From an uncultured Clostridium sp. (GTDB lineage: Bacteria; Bacillota; Clostridia; TANB77; CAG-508), in assembly GCA_947641575.1 (NCBI GenBank), contig CANRQN010000004.1:18058-82057 (forward strand): DNA of 64,000 nt. Direction: 5' to 3'. Positions 42,785-53,805 of this stretch are shown here, one piece after another. The translations under genes were made by a program, and so were the position numbers. A model generated the notes under the pieces. It did not search any database and was not told where the DNA came from. It saw only the letters and a program-made list of their open reading frames with translations. Within the stretch, counting starts at the first letter, position 1. Each line of letters starts with the position of its first letter.

Positions 42785-45418
42785 ATGAGTCAAAAAGATG
42801 AAAAGCAAAATAAAATAGAGAAAAAAGAAAATAAAAAAGCTGATGAAACAATTATGTATAAACCAATAAAATCTCCAAAACCAAAAAAACAAAAAGGAGA
42901 GAAAAAGAAAGGAGAGAAGAAAAAGCATCCAAAACTTAAGATGTTTTTTAAAGTTTTACTCGTAATGATGATACTAGGTGTTGTAATAGTAGGAGGAATA
43001 TTAGCAGCAATAGTATATAGATGCATATGGGGAGATTGGGCAATCGAGGAAGAAAAACTTACAATAAAATATCAAAATTCAGTAATGTATGATAAAGATG
43101 GAAATGTGGTTGCAACTTTAACAGGAGATGAAAATAGAGAAATAATAAGCAAAGAAGAAATGTCAGAATATTTACCTAAAGCTTTTATCTCAATAGAAGA
43201 TGAAAGATTTGAAGAACATAATGGAGTGGACTGGAAAAGAACACTTGGAGCATTTATGACATTTGCAACTCACTCAGGAGAATCATCATTTGGAGGAAGT
43301 ACAATAACACAACAAGTTATAAAAAATGTAACAGATGAAAGGGAAAATTCAGCATTTGAAGGTGCACTTAGAAAAATAAAAGAAATAGTAAGAGCATATC
43401 AATTAGAAAGTATGCTATCAAAAGATCAAATATTAGAACTTTATTTAAATTTAATACCACTTGGAGGTGGAGCAAATAATATATATGGTGTACAAATGGC
43501 ATCACGATACTACTTCAATAAAAATGCAAAAGATGTAACAGTTGCAGAAGCTGCATACATAGCTGGAATAACTAGTGCTCCAAATAGATATAATCCATTT
43601 GGAGAAACTGATAAATCAGAAGCAATAAATAATAAAGTAAAAACAGTTCTTAAGAAAATGTATGAACTTGGAAAAATAAATGAAGAAGAATATAATGCAG
43701 GACTTGCAGAAGTAGAAAATGGAATGCCATTTTCAAAAGGAGAAGTTTCACAAAATAACAAACTTTCATATTATTTAGAAGCAGCAAGAAATCAAATAAT
43801 AGAAGATTTGATGAAAGAAAAGAAATTAAGCAAAAAAGAAGCAGAACTACAATTATTTGGAAATGGATATCAAATATATACAGCTTATGATCAGAAAATA
43901 CAAGCAGATGTAGATGCACAGTTTGTAGACAATATGAGTAGATGGTCTAGAACAATAAAAGTCACAAGAACTAATGAAGAAACAGGAGAAAAATATACAG
44001 AAGAAGTTCAAAGACAAGGTGCAATGGCAATAATAGATAACTCGACAGGATATGTAGTTGCAGGAGCAGGTGGGCTTGGAGCAAAAACAGAAGCAAATGG
44101 AACAAATAGAATGGTGCTAAAAGGACATAGCCCAGGTTCTTGTATGAAACCAATAGGAGTTATAGCACCGAGCTTAGAAGAAGGACTTATAACAGCAGGA
44201 ACAACAGTTGATGATATACCAAGAACATTCGGAAAATATGCACCAAATAACTGGTATAAAGGATATAGAGGATATATGAACATAAGAGAAATGCTAGCAA
44301 GTTCGACAAATATTCCAGAAGTAGCATTGCTTCAGCAACTTACAGTACCAAAAGCACTTTCATATTTAGATAAAATGGGAGTAGATGTTACAGCTGAAAA
44401 TGATGTTGGATTATCACTTGCACTTGGTGGTATGACAAATGGAATAACACCAGTAGAATTAGCAGTAGCATATGAAACAATAGCAAATGGAGGAGTATAT
44501 AGAGAACCAAAATATTATTCAAAAGTAACAAATGCAGCAGGAGAAACAATACTAGAAGCAAAACAAGAAGAAACAAGAGTATTTTCAGAACAAAATGCAT
44601 GGATAATGCAAGAACTACTTAGTGTTCCAATATATAATGGAGAAACAGGAGGAGGAAATGCAAGAATATCTGGACAGGAAGTAAGGGGAAAAACAGGAAC
44701 AACAAATAACGATTCTTCTGCATGGTTCTGCGGATTTACAGGACATTATACAGCATCAGTATGGATGGGATTTGATAGAGAAGCAGATGGTAATAAAGGA
44801 GGAAATACAAACTCTACACAATGTGCGATACTATGGCAAGCAGTAATGTCAAAAGCTCATTCTGGATTAGAAAAGAAATCTTGGAATAAACCAGGAGGAA
44901 TTACAACAGCTGCAATATGTAAAACATCTGGATTGCTTGCAACAGAGGATTGTAGACATGACCCAGAAGGAAACAAAGCATATTCAGAATATTTTGTCAC
45001 AGGTACAGTACCAAAAGATTATTGTAATATACATGTAAAAGTAGAAGTATGTAAAAAGACAAATCTTTTAGCATCAGAAAATTGTACAGAAAAAGAAGAA
45101 AGAGTATTTATAACAAGAAAAAATGTAGATGAGAGTAAATGGAAATTAGCTGCAGATAGCAAGTATATGGCACCAACTAAAACTTGTGAGGAATGTAAAG
45201 CAAAACCAAAAGATCCAGAACCAGATACAAATACAGTAACACCAGGAGGAAACACAGTAAATCCGGGAGGTAATACAGTAACTGGTGGGAATACAGTAAC
45301 AGGAGGTAACACGGTAACAGGTGGTAACACAGCAAAACCTAATACAAATACTACTGGAAATAATCAGACAAAGCCTACAAATACAACAGGAACTGGAACG
45401 AAACCTAGAACAAATTAA
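42785..45418 (+). CDS. PBP1A family penicillin-binding protein (transglycosylase/transpeptidase); no in-frame CGG
   Basis: EDERFEEHNGVD, GGSTITQQ, SPGSCMKP (SxxK), SSTN and KTGTT. The C-terminal tail has GGNTVT repeats. Confidence 0.93.
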   Translation: MSQKDEKQNKIEKKENKKADETIMYKPIKSPKPKKQKGEKKKGEKKKHPKLKMFFKVLLVMMILGVVIVGGILAAIVYRCIWGDWAIEEEKLTIKYQNSVMYDKDGNVVATLTGDENREIISKEEMSEYLPKAFISIEDERFEEHNGVDWKRTLGAFMTFATHSGESSFGGSTITQQVIKNVTDERENSAFEGALRKIKEIVRAYQLESMLSKDQILELYLNLIPLGGGANNIYGVQMASRYYFNKNAKDVTVAEAAYIAGITSAPNRYNPFGETDKSEAINNKVKTVLKKMYELGKINEEEYNAGLAEVENGMPFSKGEVSQNNKLSYYLEAARNQIIEDLMKEKKLSKKEAELQLFGNGYQIYTAYDQKIQADVDAQFVDNMSRWSRTIKVTRTNEETGEKYTEEVQRQGAMAIIDNSTGYVVAGAGGLGAKTEANGTNRMVLKGHSPGSCMKPIGVIAPSLEEGLITAGTTVDDIPRTFGKYAPNNWYKGYRGYMNIREMLASSTNIPEVALLQQLTVPKALSYLDKMGVDVTAENDVGLSLALGGMTNGITPVELAVAYETIANGGVYREPKYYSKVTNAAGETILEAKQEETRVFSEQNAWIMQELLSVPIYNGETGGGNARISGQEVRGKTGTTNNDSSAWFCGFTGHYTASVWMGFDREADGNKGGNTNSTQCAILWQAVMSKAHSGLEKKSWNKPGGITTAAICKTSGLLATEDCRHDPEGNKAYSEYFVTGTVPKDYCNIHVKVEVCKKTNLLASENCTEKEERVFITRKNVDESKWKLAADSKYMAPTKTCEECKAKPKDPEPDTNTVTPGGNTVNPGGNTVTGGNTVTGGNTVTGGNTAKPNTNTTGNNQTKPTNTTGTGTKPRTN

Positions 45419-45420
45419 AT

Positions 45421-45495
45421 TTGGCACATGAACAACGGGCGTGGCATGAAACAAATCTAAAATGTTAGAATATTTTAAGTCATGCCACTGTTGTT
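45421..45495. repeat. family C 75-nt hairpin element, copy 1
   Basis: ttggcacatgaacaacgggcgtggcatgaaacaaatctaaaatgttagaatattttaagtcatgccactgttgtt. Confidence 0.85.
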
Positions 45496-45531
45496 ATCTA
45501 ATAGAAAAGTTCTCCGAACTTGCTATTAGAT
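45496..45531. repeat. family D hairpin, copy 2
   Basis: See 42179-42214. Confidence 0.75.
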
Positions 45532-45565
45532 AAAAGAATTGCACACAAATTTTACTTTGTAAAAT

Positions 45566-45640
45566 TTGGCGCACGAACAACGGGCGTGGCATGAAACTAA
45601 TCTAAAATGTTAAAGTATTTTAAGTCATGCCACTGTTGTT
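45566..45640. repeat. family C 75-nt hairpin element, copy 2 (about 93 percent identical to copy 1)
   Basis: ttggcgcacgaacaacgggcgtggcatgaaactaatctaaaatgttaaagtattttaagtcatgccactgttgtt. Confidence 0.85.
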
Positions 45641-45765
45641 CTAACCGATTTAAGTTTCGAACTAAATAGCAATAAATCTTAAATGGATAATAATTATATC
45701 ATTTTATTTACTAGGAAAATTAGCATTTTCCTAGTAAATAAAAAATAGAAAGGAAGGAAACTTTA

Positions 45766-47154
45766 TTGGAACTTAACCTATATAATACACTATCAAGAAA
45801 GAAGGAAGTTTTTACTCCTATAAAAGATACAGTTAAAATATATTCTTGTGGACCTACGGTATATAGTTTTGCACATATAGGAAATTTTAGAGCATATGTA
45901 TTCATGGATACTTTAAGAAGAGTATTAAAATACAATGGATATAAACTAAAACATGCAATGAACATAACAGATGTTGGGCATTTAGAATCAGATGCAGACG
46001 AAGGAGAAGACAAAATAGCAAAAGCCGCAAAAAAAGAAAATAAAGATCCATATGAAATTGCAAACTTTTATACAAACATATTCTTAAGAGATTTTGATAG
46101 ACTAAATATAGATAGACCAGAAATAATATGTAAAGCAACTGAACATATAAAAGAAATGATAGAATATGTAGAAGATATAGTAAAAAATGGCTATGGTTAT
46201 GAAACATCTAGAGGAATATATTTTGATATATCAAAACTAGACAAATATCCAATACTTCAAGATAGAAAAGTAGATGAACAAATAGCAGGAGCAAGAGTAG
46301 AAGTAGATAAAGAAAAGAAAAATCCAGAAGACTTTGCAATATGGATAAAAGCACCAAAAACTCACATAATGAAATGGGAAAGCCCATGGGGACTATCTTA
46401 TCCAGGGTGGCATATTGAATGCTCAGCGATGAGTACTAAATATTTAGGAGAAGAATTTGATATACATACAGGAGGAATAGATCACATACCAACACACCAT
46501 GAAAATGAGATAGCACAAAGTAAAGGAAGATGTGGGAAAGTACCTGCTAAGTTTTGGATGCATTGTAATTTCTTAACAGTAGATGGAGGGAAAATGTCAA
46601 AAAGTCTAGGAAATATTTATACACTAGATACTATTTCTGAAAAAGGAATAGATGCAGTAGCATATAAACTATTTTGCTTTTCATCACATTATAGAAATAA
46701 ATTAAACTTTACATTTGAAGGATTAGAAGCAGCAAATACATCACTTATAAGATTAAGAGAGGGATATCAAAAACACTTAAATGGAAATGAAGAAATAGAG
46801 AATAAAGAGATAAATGAACTTGAAGAAAAATTTCATAAAGCGATAAATGACGACTTAAATATGCCAATTGCAATGAGTATTGTTTGGGATATTATAAAAA
46901 ACAATAGGAAATCAAAAAAGTTTGCAAAATTACTACTAAAATTTGATGAAGTATTAGGACTTAAGATAGGAGAAGAGACAAAAAAACAAGAAATAGAATT
47001 GCCAGAAGAAATTATAAAACTTGTGGAAGAAAGAAAAAAGGCAAGACAAGACAAAAATTGGGAATTATCGGACGAATTAAGGGATAAGATACAGGAAAAA
47101 GGGTATATTATCAAAGATACAAAAAATAATATGTCAATAGAAAAGAAGAAATAA
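45766..47154 (+). CDS. cysS: cysteine--tRNA ligase; no in-frame CGG
   Basis: HIGN motif (FAHIGNFRAY) and KMSKS (GGKMSKSLGN). TTG start. Confidence 0.94.
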   Translation: MELNLYNTLSRKKEVFTPIKDTVKIYSCGPTVYSFAHIGNFRAYVFMDTLRRVLKYNGYKLKHAMNITDVGHLESDADEGEDKIAKAAKKENKDPYEIANFYTNIFLRDFDRLNIDRPEIICKATEHIKEMIEYVEDIVKNGYGYETSRGIYFDISKLDKYPILQDRKVDEQIAGARVEVDKEKKNPEDFAIWIKAPKTHIMKWESPWGLSYPGWHIECSAMSTKYLGEEFDIHTGGIDHIPTHHENEIAQSKGRCGKVPAKFWMHCNFLTVDGGKMSKSLGNIYTLDTISEKGIDAVAYKLFCFSSHYRNKLNFTFEGLEAANTSLIRLREGYQKHLNGNEEIENKEINELEEKFHKAINDDLNMPIAMSIVWDIIKNNRKSKKFAKLLLKFDEVLGLKIGEETKKQEIELPEEIIKLVEERKKARQDKNWELSDELRDKIQEKGYIIKDTKNNMSIEKKK

Positions 47155-47202
47155 TATAGAGTTATTAACAATTCAAAGGTTTTAAATTTGATGATGTTCT
47201 GC

Positions 47203-47365
47203 CACGGGAGTTATATTTATTTTTGTTCTCGTTCCTTGTTGTTCGTCTCGTAGAACCTGTAAGGACTAAGCGTAAGCTTGCTATCGCAAGCTAAAATGTC
47301 CAACAGGTTCTAAACTCGCTCCTAGCTACGCGTCACTTCGAAAAAAATAAATATGGAACTCCCTG
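47203..47365. mobile_element. MITE-like GC-rich palindromic element; contains the family B module
   Basis: The terminal inverted repeats are cacgggagttatatttattttt and aaaaataaatatggaactccctg. The central hairpin is aagcttgc/gcaagct. Confidence 0.5.
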
Positions 47366-47434
47366 CACGGACTTTAAGTGTTAGTTACCTTTGAATTATA
47401 TATACCTTATATTTTAGGAGGAATTAAAATAAAA

Positions 47435-48446
47435 ATGGAAGAAAAGAAAAGTAACTTCTTTAAAAAAATATGGACAAGTATAACTGATTTTGAAGAATAT
47501 GAAGAATTTGCAGCAGAAAAAGTATCAAAAGCTATAAAATACATAATATTACTTACACTAATCTTTTCAATAGTTATAGGTGTAGCATTTACATATAAAT
47601 TTAATTTAGCAATAAATGGTGTGAAAAATTATGTAAATGAAAACATAGAAGAAATTAAAATGATAGACCGGAAAATTAGATGTTATAGCTAATAATCCAA
47701 TAATTATAGAAAATGAAGATAATTTTATTCCTATAATAATTGTAGATACAAAAGAGGATGCAAACAAAGATGAATATATACAAAAAATGAAAGCATATAA
47801 TACAGGAATCCTATTATTATCAGATAAAGCAGTTATTGTAAGTAATGTTTTAACAAACGAAGAAAGTTTGCCATATTCAGGAGTATTTACATCAAATATA
47901 GAAGGAAAAGACGCATTTTTAAATCTAATATCAGTAGAAAACTTGATTTCAGCATATTTGATATTTGGAGTAAGTATAATCATATACCTATTTGTAGTTT
48001 ATGTAATATCAAATATTATAGATGCAATAGTACTTGGTGCACTTGGTTACTTATTTGCAAGAATAGTTAAACTAAGGCTAAAATTTAAGGCAACATTTAA
48101 TATAGGTGTATATGCTCTAACACTTCCAATAATATTAAATTTAATATATATAATTGTAAATACATTTACAGGATTTGAAATACGCTACTTTCAGTGGATG
48201 TATACAAGTATTTCATATATTTATGTAGCAGTTGCAATACTTATGATAAAAACGGAAATAATAAATCAAAGAATACAATTAATTAAACTTAGAGAAATAC
48301 AAGCACAAGTAGCTAAAGAAGCAGAAGAAAGACAAGATGAGGAAAAGCAAGAAGAACTAGAAAAAGAAGAAAAGAAAAAACAAAAAGAAGAAGAAAAAGA
48401 AGAGAAAAAAGGAACAGGTGAAGAACCAGAAGGTTCTAATGCATAG
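47435..48446 (+). CDS. DUF1189 family membrane protein; one +1 shift at CGG
   Basis: MEEKKSNFFKKIWTSITDFEEY... The junction KMID-C-GKLDVIANNPIIIENEDNF (CGG 47669-47671) joins ORFs 47378..47692 and 47787..48446. Confidence 0.8.
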
Positions 48447-48464
48447 AAAGGAAGAAAATCCAAA

Positions 48465-50265
48465 GTGAAAAAGAATAATAACAAACCTAAAAAAAATAAA
48501 AATAATCTATTATTTTTAGTAGTTGCAATACTAATACTTGTTTTAGCAGTAATTACATCTTTGTATTTTATTATGCAAAACAAAGATGATAAAGAAGAAA
48601 AGGCATATACAGAACTTCTAAGAGATATCGAAGAAGGTACAGTTGAAGAAATTGAAATGACAGTTGGAAGTACTTCACTTAAAGTAACATATAAAGAAAG
48701 AGAAAAAGAAGATGATAAAGAAAAGGTAATAATACCTAATGTACAAGCTTTTGTTGAATATATACATCAAAAAAGAGCAGAGGGAATAGAAGTAAAGCTA
48801 ACAGAAGTACCAAGTGGTTTTTTGGCAGGACTTAGAGGAAATCTTTTATCAATAATATCAACAGCACTTATGATTACAATTGTAGTTATGATATTTAAGA
48901 TGCAAGGACTTGGCGATAAAGGAAAAGTTTATGATGGAGTAGAAAACAAAAGCAATGTAACTTTTGATGATGTGGCAGGACTTCAGGAAGAAAAACAAGA
49001 AATGATAGAAATAGTAGATTTCTTAAAAGAGCCAAGTAAATTTCTAAAAATGGGAGCAAAAATTCCCAAAGGAGTTCTACTTTGTGGAAAGCCAGGAACA
49101 GGAAAAACATTGATTGCAAGAGCAATAGCAGGGGAAGCAAATGTACCATTTATATCAATGAGTGGTTCAGAATTCATAGAAATGTTTGCAGGACTTGGAG
49201 CATCAAGAGTTAGAAAACTATTTGAAAAAGCAAAAAAATTATCACCATGCATAATATTTATAGATGAAATAGATGCTATAGGTTCAAGAAGGACAAGTAA
49301 TAGTGGAGCTGAATCAGAAAATAATCAGACATTAAACCAATTACTAGTTGAAATGGATGGATTTGAAACAAATGATACAATAATAGTACTAGCTGCAACA
49401 AATAGACCAGAAATGCTAGATAAAGCACTTCTAAGACCTCGGAAGATTTGATAGACAAATAAATATAGCACCACCAGACATGCGTGGAAGAGAAGAAATA
49501 CTAAAAATATATAGCAAAGAAAAGAAATTATCAGATGAAATAAATATAAAAAGCGTTGCAGAAGACACAGCAGGATTTACTGGTGCGGAACTTGCAAACA
49601 TTTTAAATGAAGCGGCAATTATAGGAGCAGTAAAAAATCATGAAGAAATAACAATGGAAGATTTAGATGATGCAGTAAAAAAAGTAACAGTAGGACTTCA
49701 AAAATCAAGCAGAGTTATATCAGAAAAAGATAAAAAACTAACAGCATACCATGAGGCAGGACATGCGATAGTTGGTAAATATTTAGATACAGTTTTAGAT
49801 GTAAAAGAAATATCAATAATACCTAGAGGAGTAGCTGGTGGCTACACTATGTATAAGTCAAATGAAGATAAATTCTATATATCAAAAACTGAACTAGAAG
49901 AAAAACTAATTTCATTATTAGGTGGAAGAGCAGCAGAAAAATTAGCATTGGATGATATATCAACTGGTGCAAGTAATGACTTAGAAGTTGCAACAAAAAC
50001 AGCAAGAGACATGATAATTATTTATGGAATGAGTGATAAAATAGGCCCAATATCACTACAAGTAGACGATATAAGAGAATTAGAATTCTATGGAAGCGAA
50101 ATAGAAGATGAAGTAGGAAAAGAAATAAGAAGCTTACTTGATATAGCATATAGTAGAGCGATACAAATATTAACTGCAAATAGAGATAAACTAGACGCAG
50201 TTGCAGAAGCTTTAATCAAAAAAGAGACAATAACAGAAGAAGAATTTAATAAATTTTTTGAATAA
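48465..50265 (+). CDS. ftsH: ATP-dependent zinc metalloprotease FtsH; one +1 shift at CGG
   Basis: [18 protein letters not shown]. The junction [19 protein letters not shown] uses CGG at 49440-49442. HEAGHA zinc site present. Confidence 0.95.
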
Positions 50266-50271
50266 TATATA

Positions 50272-50306
50272 AAAAACTGGTAGGCAAAAAACGCCCACCA
50301 GTTTTT
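50272..50306. terminator. terminator between ftsH and the convergent paralog pair
   Basis: Stem aaaactggtaggc / gcccaccagtttt. Confidence 0.75.
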
Positions 50307-50332
50307 CTCACTTTGCATATTTGGTGCCAAGG

Positions 50333-50734
50333 TTAGCCAAGAAGCTTTTTGGCTTGCTTCTGGGAATAATACTTGCCCTTTGTACAAGGGACAGAATCTA
50401 AACATATGACCCAATCTTTTTTTGAGTCATTAGAAATTGCAAGTCCCTTTTTGCCAACCATGATAGTAATTTCGGTATCTTTGAGCTTGATAATATCGTT
50501 AATTCCAAAGAGACCACAAATATTATGCAGTTGGTTGAAAGAGTTTCGGCAGTCCTTTGTTGGATGACTTGTATATTGGAGGGAAGAATTTACATCAAGA
50601 CCAAAAATCTCAAAGGAGAGTGTGTCAACAAATTCTTCCTCGTCATCAATGACAAGCCCAACACTTACTGACTGCGGATTCGCTTTGCTTGTTGGCGGAA
50701 GTTTCACATCCACAATTGTTGCCCATTTGAACAT
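50333..50734 (-). CDS. hypothetical protein, GC-richer; paralog of the 50759..51184 gene
   Basis: Shared blocks are ATIVDVK/ATIEDVK, KDWVIC/EKWVVC and a similar C-terminal helix. Confidence 0.6.
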   Translation of the reverse strand: MFKWATIVDVKLPPTSKANPQSVSVGLVIDDEEEFVDTLSFEIFGLDVNSSLQYTSHPTKDCRNSFNQLHNICGLFGINDIIKLKDTEITIMVGKKGLAISNDSKKDWVICLDSVPCTKGKYYSQKQAKKLLG

Positions 50735-50758
50735 GGACTAAATCATTCCTTTTACAAA

Positions 50759-51184
50759 TTAATAAAGAGAATTCAGAATAGACAAAGCCTCTGCTTTGGT
50801 GAAATAGCTTTCACCAAAAGTATCGCAAGCATCATACTTGCAGACAACCCATTTCTCTTGCTCCTCATTGGAAAGAGCATGCCCATAGCTTTTTTTGCTG
50901 GAAATAATATAAACGGATTTGCCTTTAAGCTCTTCTACTTGTGATACACCAAGTAAGTCCAAAATACTACACAGATTTATGAAGTAATTGTAACAATTTT
51001 GAGAAACTAAATTAACGCAGCTAGGACAAACTTTGGGTGTCACATTGAGAAGAAGAAAAGAAATAACAATTTCATTTTTTTCTCCTCCCTCTACACGGAG
51101 ATGCAAATCAAGCTGAACTTTACGTTCATTACGCCGACGAATAAAGGATGTTTTTACATCTTCAATTGTAGCAAGATTCTCCAT
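50759..51184 (-). CDS. hypothetical protein, GC-richer paralog; contains an in-frame CGG (codon 17) read as Arg in the intact ORF
   Basis: SFIRRRNERK is encoded cgt cgg cgt. Plus-strand CCG at 51134-51136, 48 nt after the ATG. Confidence 0.6.
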   Translation of the reverse strand: MENLATIEDVKTSFIRRRNERKVQLDLHLRVEGGEKNEIVISFLLLNVTPKVCPSCVNLVSQNCYNYFINLCSILDLLGVSQVEELKGKSVYIISSKKSYGHALSNEEQEKWVVCKYDACDTFGESYFTKAEALSILNSLY

Positions 51185-51396
51185 TTTTTAGCTCCTTTCT
51201 AAATATTAATATGCAAAGTGAGAGGGGTGCTGTGATATAAAAAATAGTATAGCATATTTAACATAAAAAGTCAAAATAAAAATGTCGTATTTTGGAAAAT
51301 TTTCTTATAAATTCTATTGTTAAAATGATTTTGGTTTGTTATAATTTAAGGGAGAAAAGAATAATTTTGAAATAAGTATAAAAAAGGAGAAAACTT

Positions 51397-51883
51397 ATGG
51401 AAAAGAAAGAATGTGAAAATTGTCAGAAAGACCAAGAACTAGAAGAGATTTTAAACATATATAAACAAGATAAAGATAATCTAATACAAATATTAAATGA
51501 TGTACAAGAACATTATGGATATATTCCAACAGCTGCACAAATGAGAATATCACAGTATCTAAATATCCCATTTGCAGAAGTATATGGAGTTGTAACTTTT
51601 TATTCAAGATTTACGCTAAAACCAAAGGGAAAATATAATATAGCAGTATGTCTTGGAACAGCATGTTATGTAAAAGGTTCAGAAAAGATATTAGATAGAT
51701 TAAAAGAAAGATTAAAAATAGAACCAGGAGACACAACACCTGATGGAAAGTTTTCAATAGAAGAAACAAGATGCATTGGTGCGTGTGGATTAGCACCAGT
51801 TTTCACAGTAAATCGGAGAAGTTTATGGAAGAGCGACTGTTCAAAAACTTGACCAAGTACTTGATGAATATATGGCTAAATAA
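51397..51883 (+). CDS. hydC: NuoE-like [2Fe-2S] subunit of a NADH-dependent [FeFe] hydrogenase; one +1 shift at CGG
   Basis: CLGTACYVKG...CIGACGLAPVFTVN-C-GEVYGRATVQKLDQVLDEYMAK*. CGG at 51814-51816. Confidence 0.88.
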
Positions 51884-51925
51884 TTATTACAAGAAAAATA
51901 TAAACCAATATTGAAAGGAGAAAAT

Positions 51926-53783
51926 ATGAAAACTCTGGAAGAAATAAATAAAATTAGAGAAGAAAAAAGAAATGAATTAGATTTAAGAGTTAATTTAAAA
52001 GCAAATACAGTAGAAAAACATATACTTGTGTGTCATGGAACTGGTTGCACATCTTCTAAATCAGAAGACATAATACTTGGTTTTAGAAAAGCTATAAAAG
52101 AAAAAAATGTACCAAATGTTAGAGTTATTCAAACAGGTTGCTTTGGTCTATGTGCAAAAGGACCAATAGTAATAATAAGACCAGAAGATGTATTCTATTC
52201 GAATGTGAAACCAGAAGATACGGAAGAAATCATACAAACTCATCTTGTAGAAGGAAACTTGGTAGATAGACTACTTTGCAAAGATGTAGATGGTAAACTA
52301 GTAAAAAGACTAGATGATCTTAGCTTTTACAAAAAACAAAAAAGAATTGCACTTAAAAATTGTGGAATAATTGACCCAGAAAATATAGAAGAATACATAG
52401 CATTTGATGGATACAAGGCACTAGAAAAAGTACTATTTCAAATGAGCCCAGACGAAGTAATACAAACAGTTACGAAATCTGGACTAAGAGGACGTGGAGG
52501 AGCAGGATTTTTAACAGGCAAGAAATGGGAATTTACAAAACTTGCAAAAGGAGAGCAAAAATATGTAGTATGCAATGCTGATGAAGGAGATCCAGGAGCT
52601 TTCATGGATAGAAGTATACTAGAAGGAGATCCACATTCAGTAATAGAAGCAATGACTATTGCAGGATACGCAGTTGGGGCAAATAAAGGGTACATATATG
52701 TTAGAGCAGAATACCCAATAGCAGTAGAAAGATTTAAAATAGCAATCAATCAGGCTAGAGATTATGGAACATTAGGAGATAAAATCTGGGGAACAGATTT
52801 CTCATTTGATATAGAAATAAGATTACGGTGCAGGAGCATTTGTATGTGGAGAGGAAACTGCACTTCTTGAATCAATAGAAGGAAGATCAGGAAGGCCAAG
52901 ACTAAAGCCACCATTCCCAGCAAATGTAGGACTATGGAAGAAACCAACATTAATTAACAATGTAGAAACATATGCAAATATAACAAAAATAATATTAAAT
53001 GGAGCAGATTGGTATGCAGGAATTGGAACAGAAAAATCAAAAGGAACAAAAGTATTTGCACTCGGTGGGAATGTTGTAAACACAGGACTTGTAGAAGTAC
53101 CAATGGGAACTACACTAAGAGAAATAATATATGACATAGGTGGAGGAATTCCAAATGGCAGAGAATTTAAAGCAGCACAAACAGGAGGACCATCAGGAGG
53201 ATGCATACCAAAGGATAACTTAGATATAGCAATAGACTATGAATCACTTGCAAGTATCGGCTCAATGATGGGATCAGGTGGATTAATTGTAATGGATGAT
53301 ACAAAATGTATGGTAAACCTTGCTAAATTCTATCTTGGATTTACAGTAGATGAATCTTGTGGAAAGTGTACTCCATGCAGAATTGGAACAAAAAGAATGT
53401 ATGAAATATTAGAAAAAATCACAGAAGGAAATGGAGAAGAAGAAGATTTAGAAAAACTTGCTGTTCTTTGCGAAAATATAAGAAACACATCAGTATGCGG
53501 ACTTGGACAGACAGCACCAAATCCAGTAATTAGCACTATGAAATATTTTATGGATGAATACAAAGAACATGTTGCTGATAAAAAATGTAAGACAGGAGAA
53601 TGCAAAGCCTTAGCTGATATACAAATAGATCCAGAAAAATGTAAAGGTTGTGGACTATGTAAGAGAAATTGCCCTGTAGATGCAATATCTGGAGAAATAA
53701 AACAACCACATAAAATTGATAAAGAAAAGTGTATTAAGTGTGGAACTTGTATTAGTAAGTGTCCATTTAAAGCTATTAGCTAA
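51926..53783 (+). CDS. hydB: NuoF-like flavoprotein subunit of a NADH-dependent [FeFe] hydrogenase; one +1 shift at CGG
   Basis: [13 protein letters not shown]. The junction [25 protein letters not shown] uses CGG at 52826-52828. The C-terminus has 2x[4Fe-4S]: [12 protein letters not shown] and [12 protein letters not shown]. Confidence 0.92.
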
Positions 53784-53805
53784 TTTAAGAAATAAGCTAT
53801 AATAA

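Noticed and set aside
45421-45640. A CRISPR array
   Set aside because: There are only two 75-nt copies, each a long hairpin. The 70-nt spacer itself contains other repeat-family hairpins. No cas genes are present and the repeat length is not CRISPR-like.
45419-45765. A T-box leader upstream of cysS
   Set aside because: I could not find the conserved T-box sequence (AANNNGGGTGGTACCGCG-like) or a specifier-loop/terminator arrangement. The region is instead occupied by the repeat hairpins.
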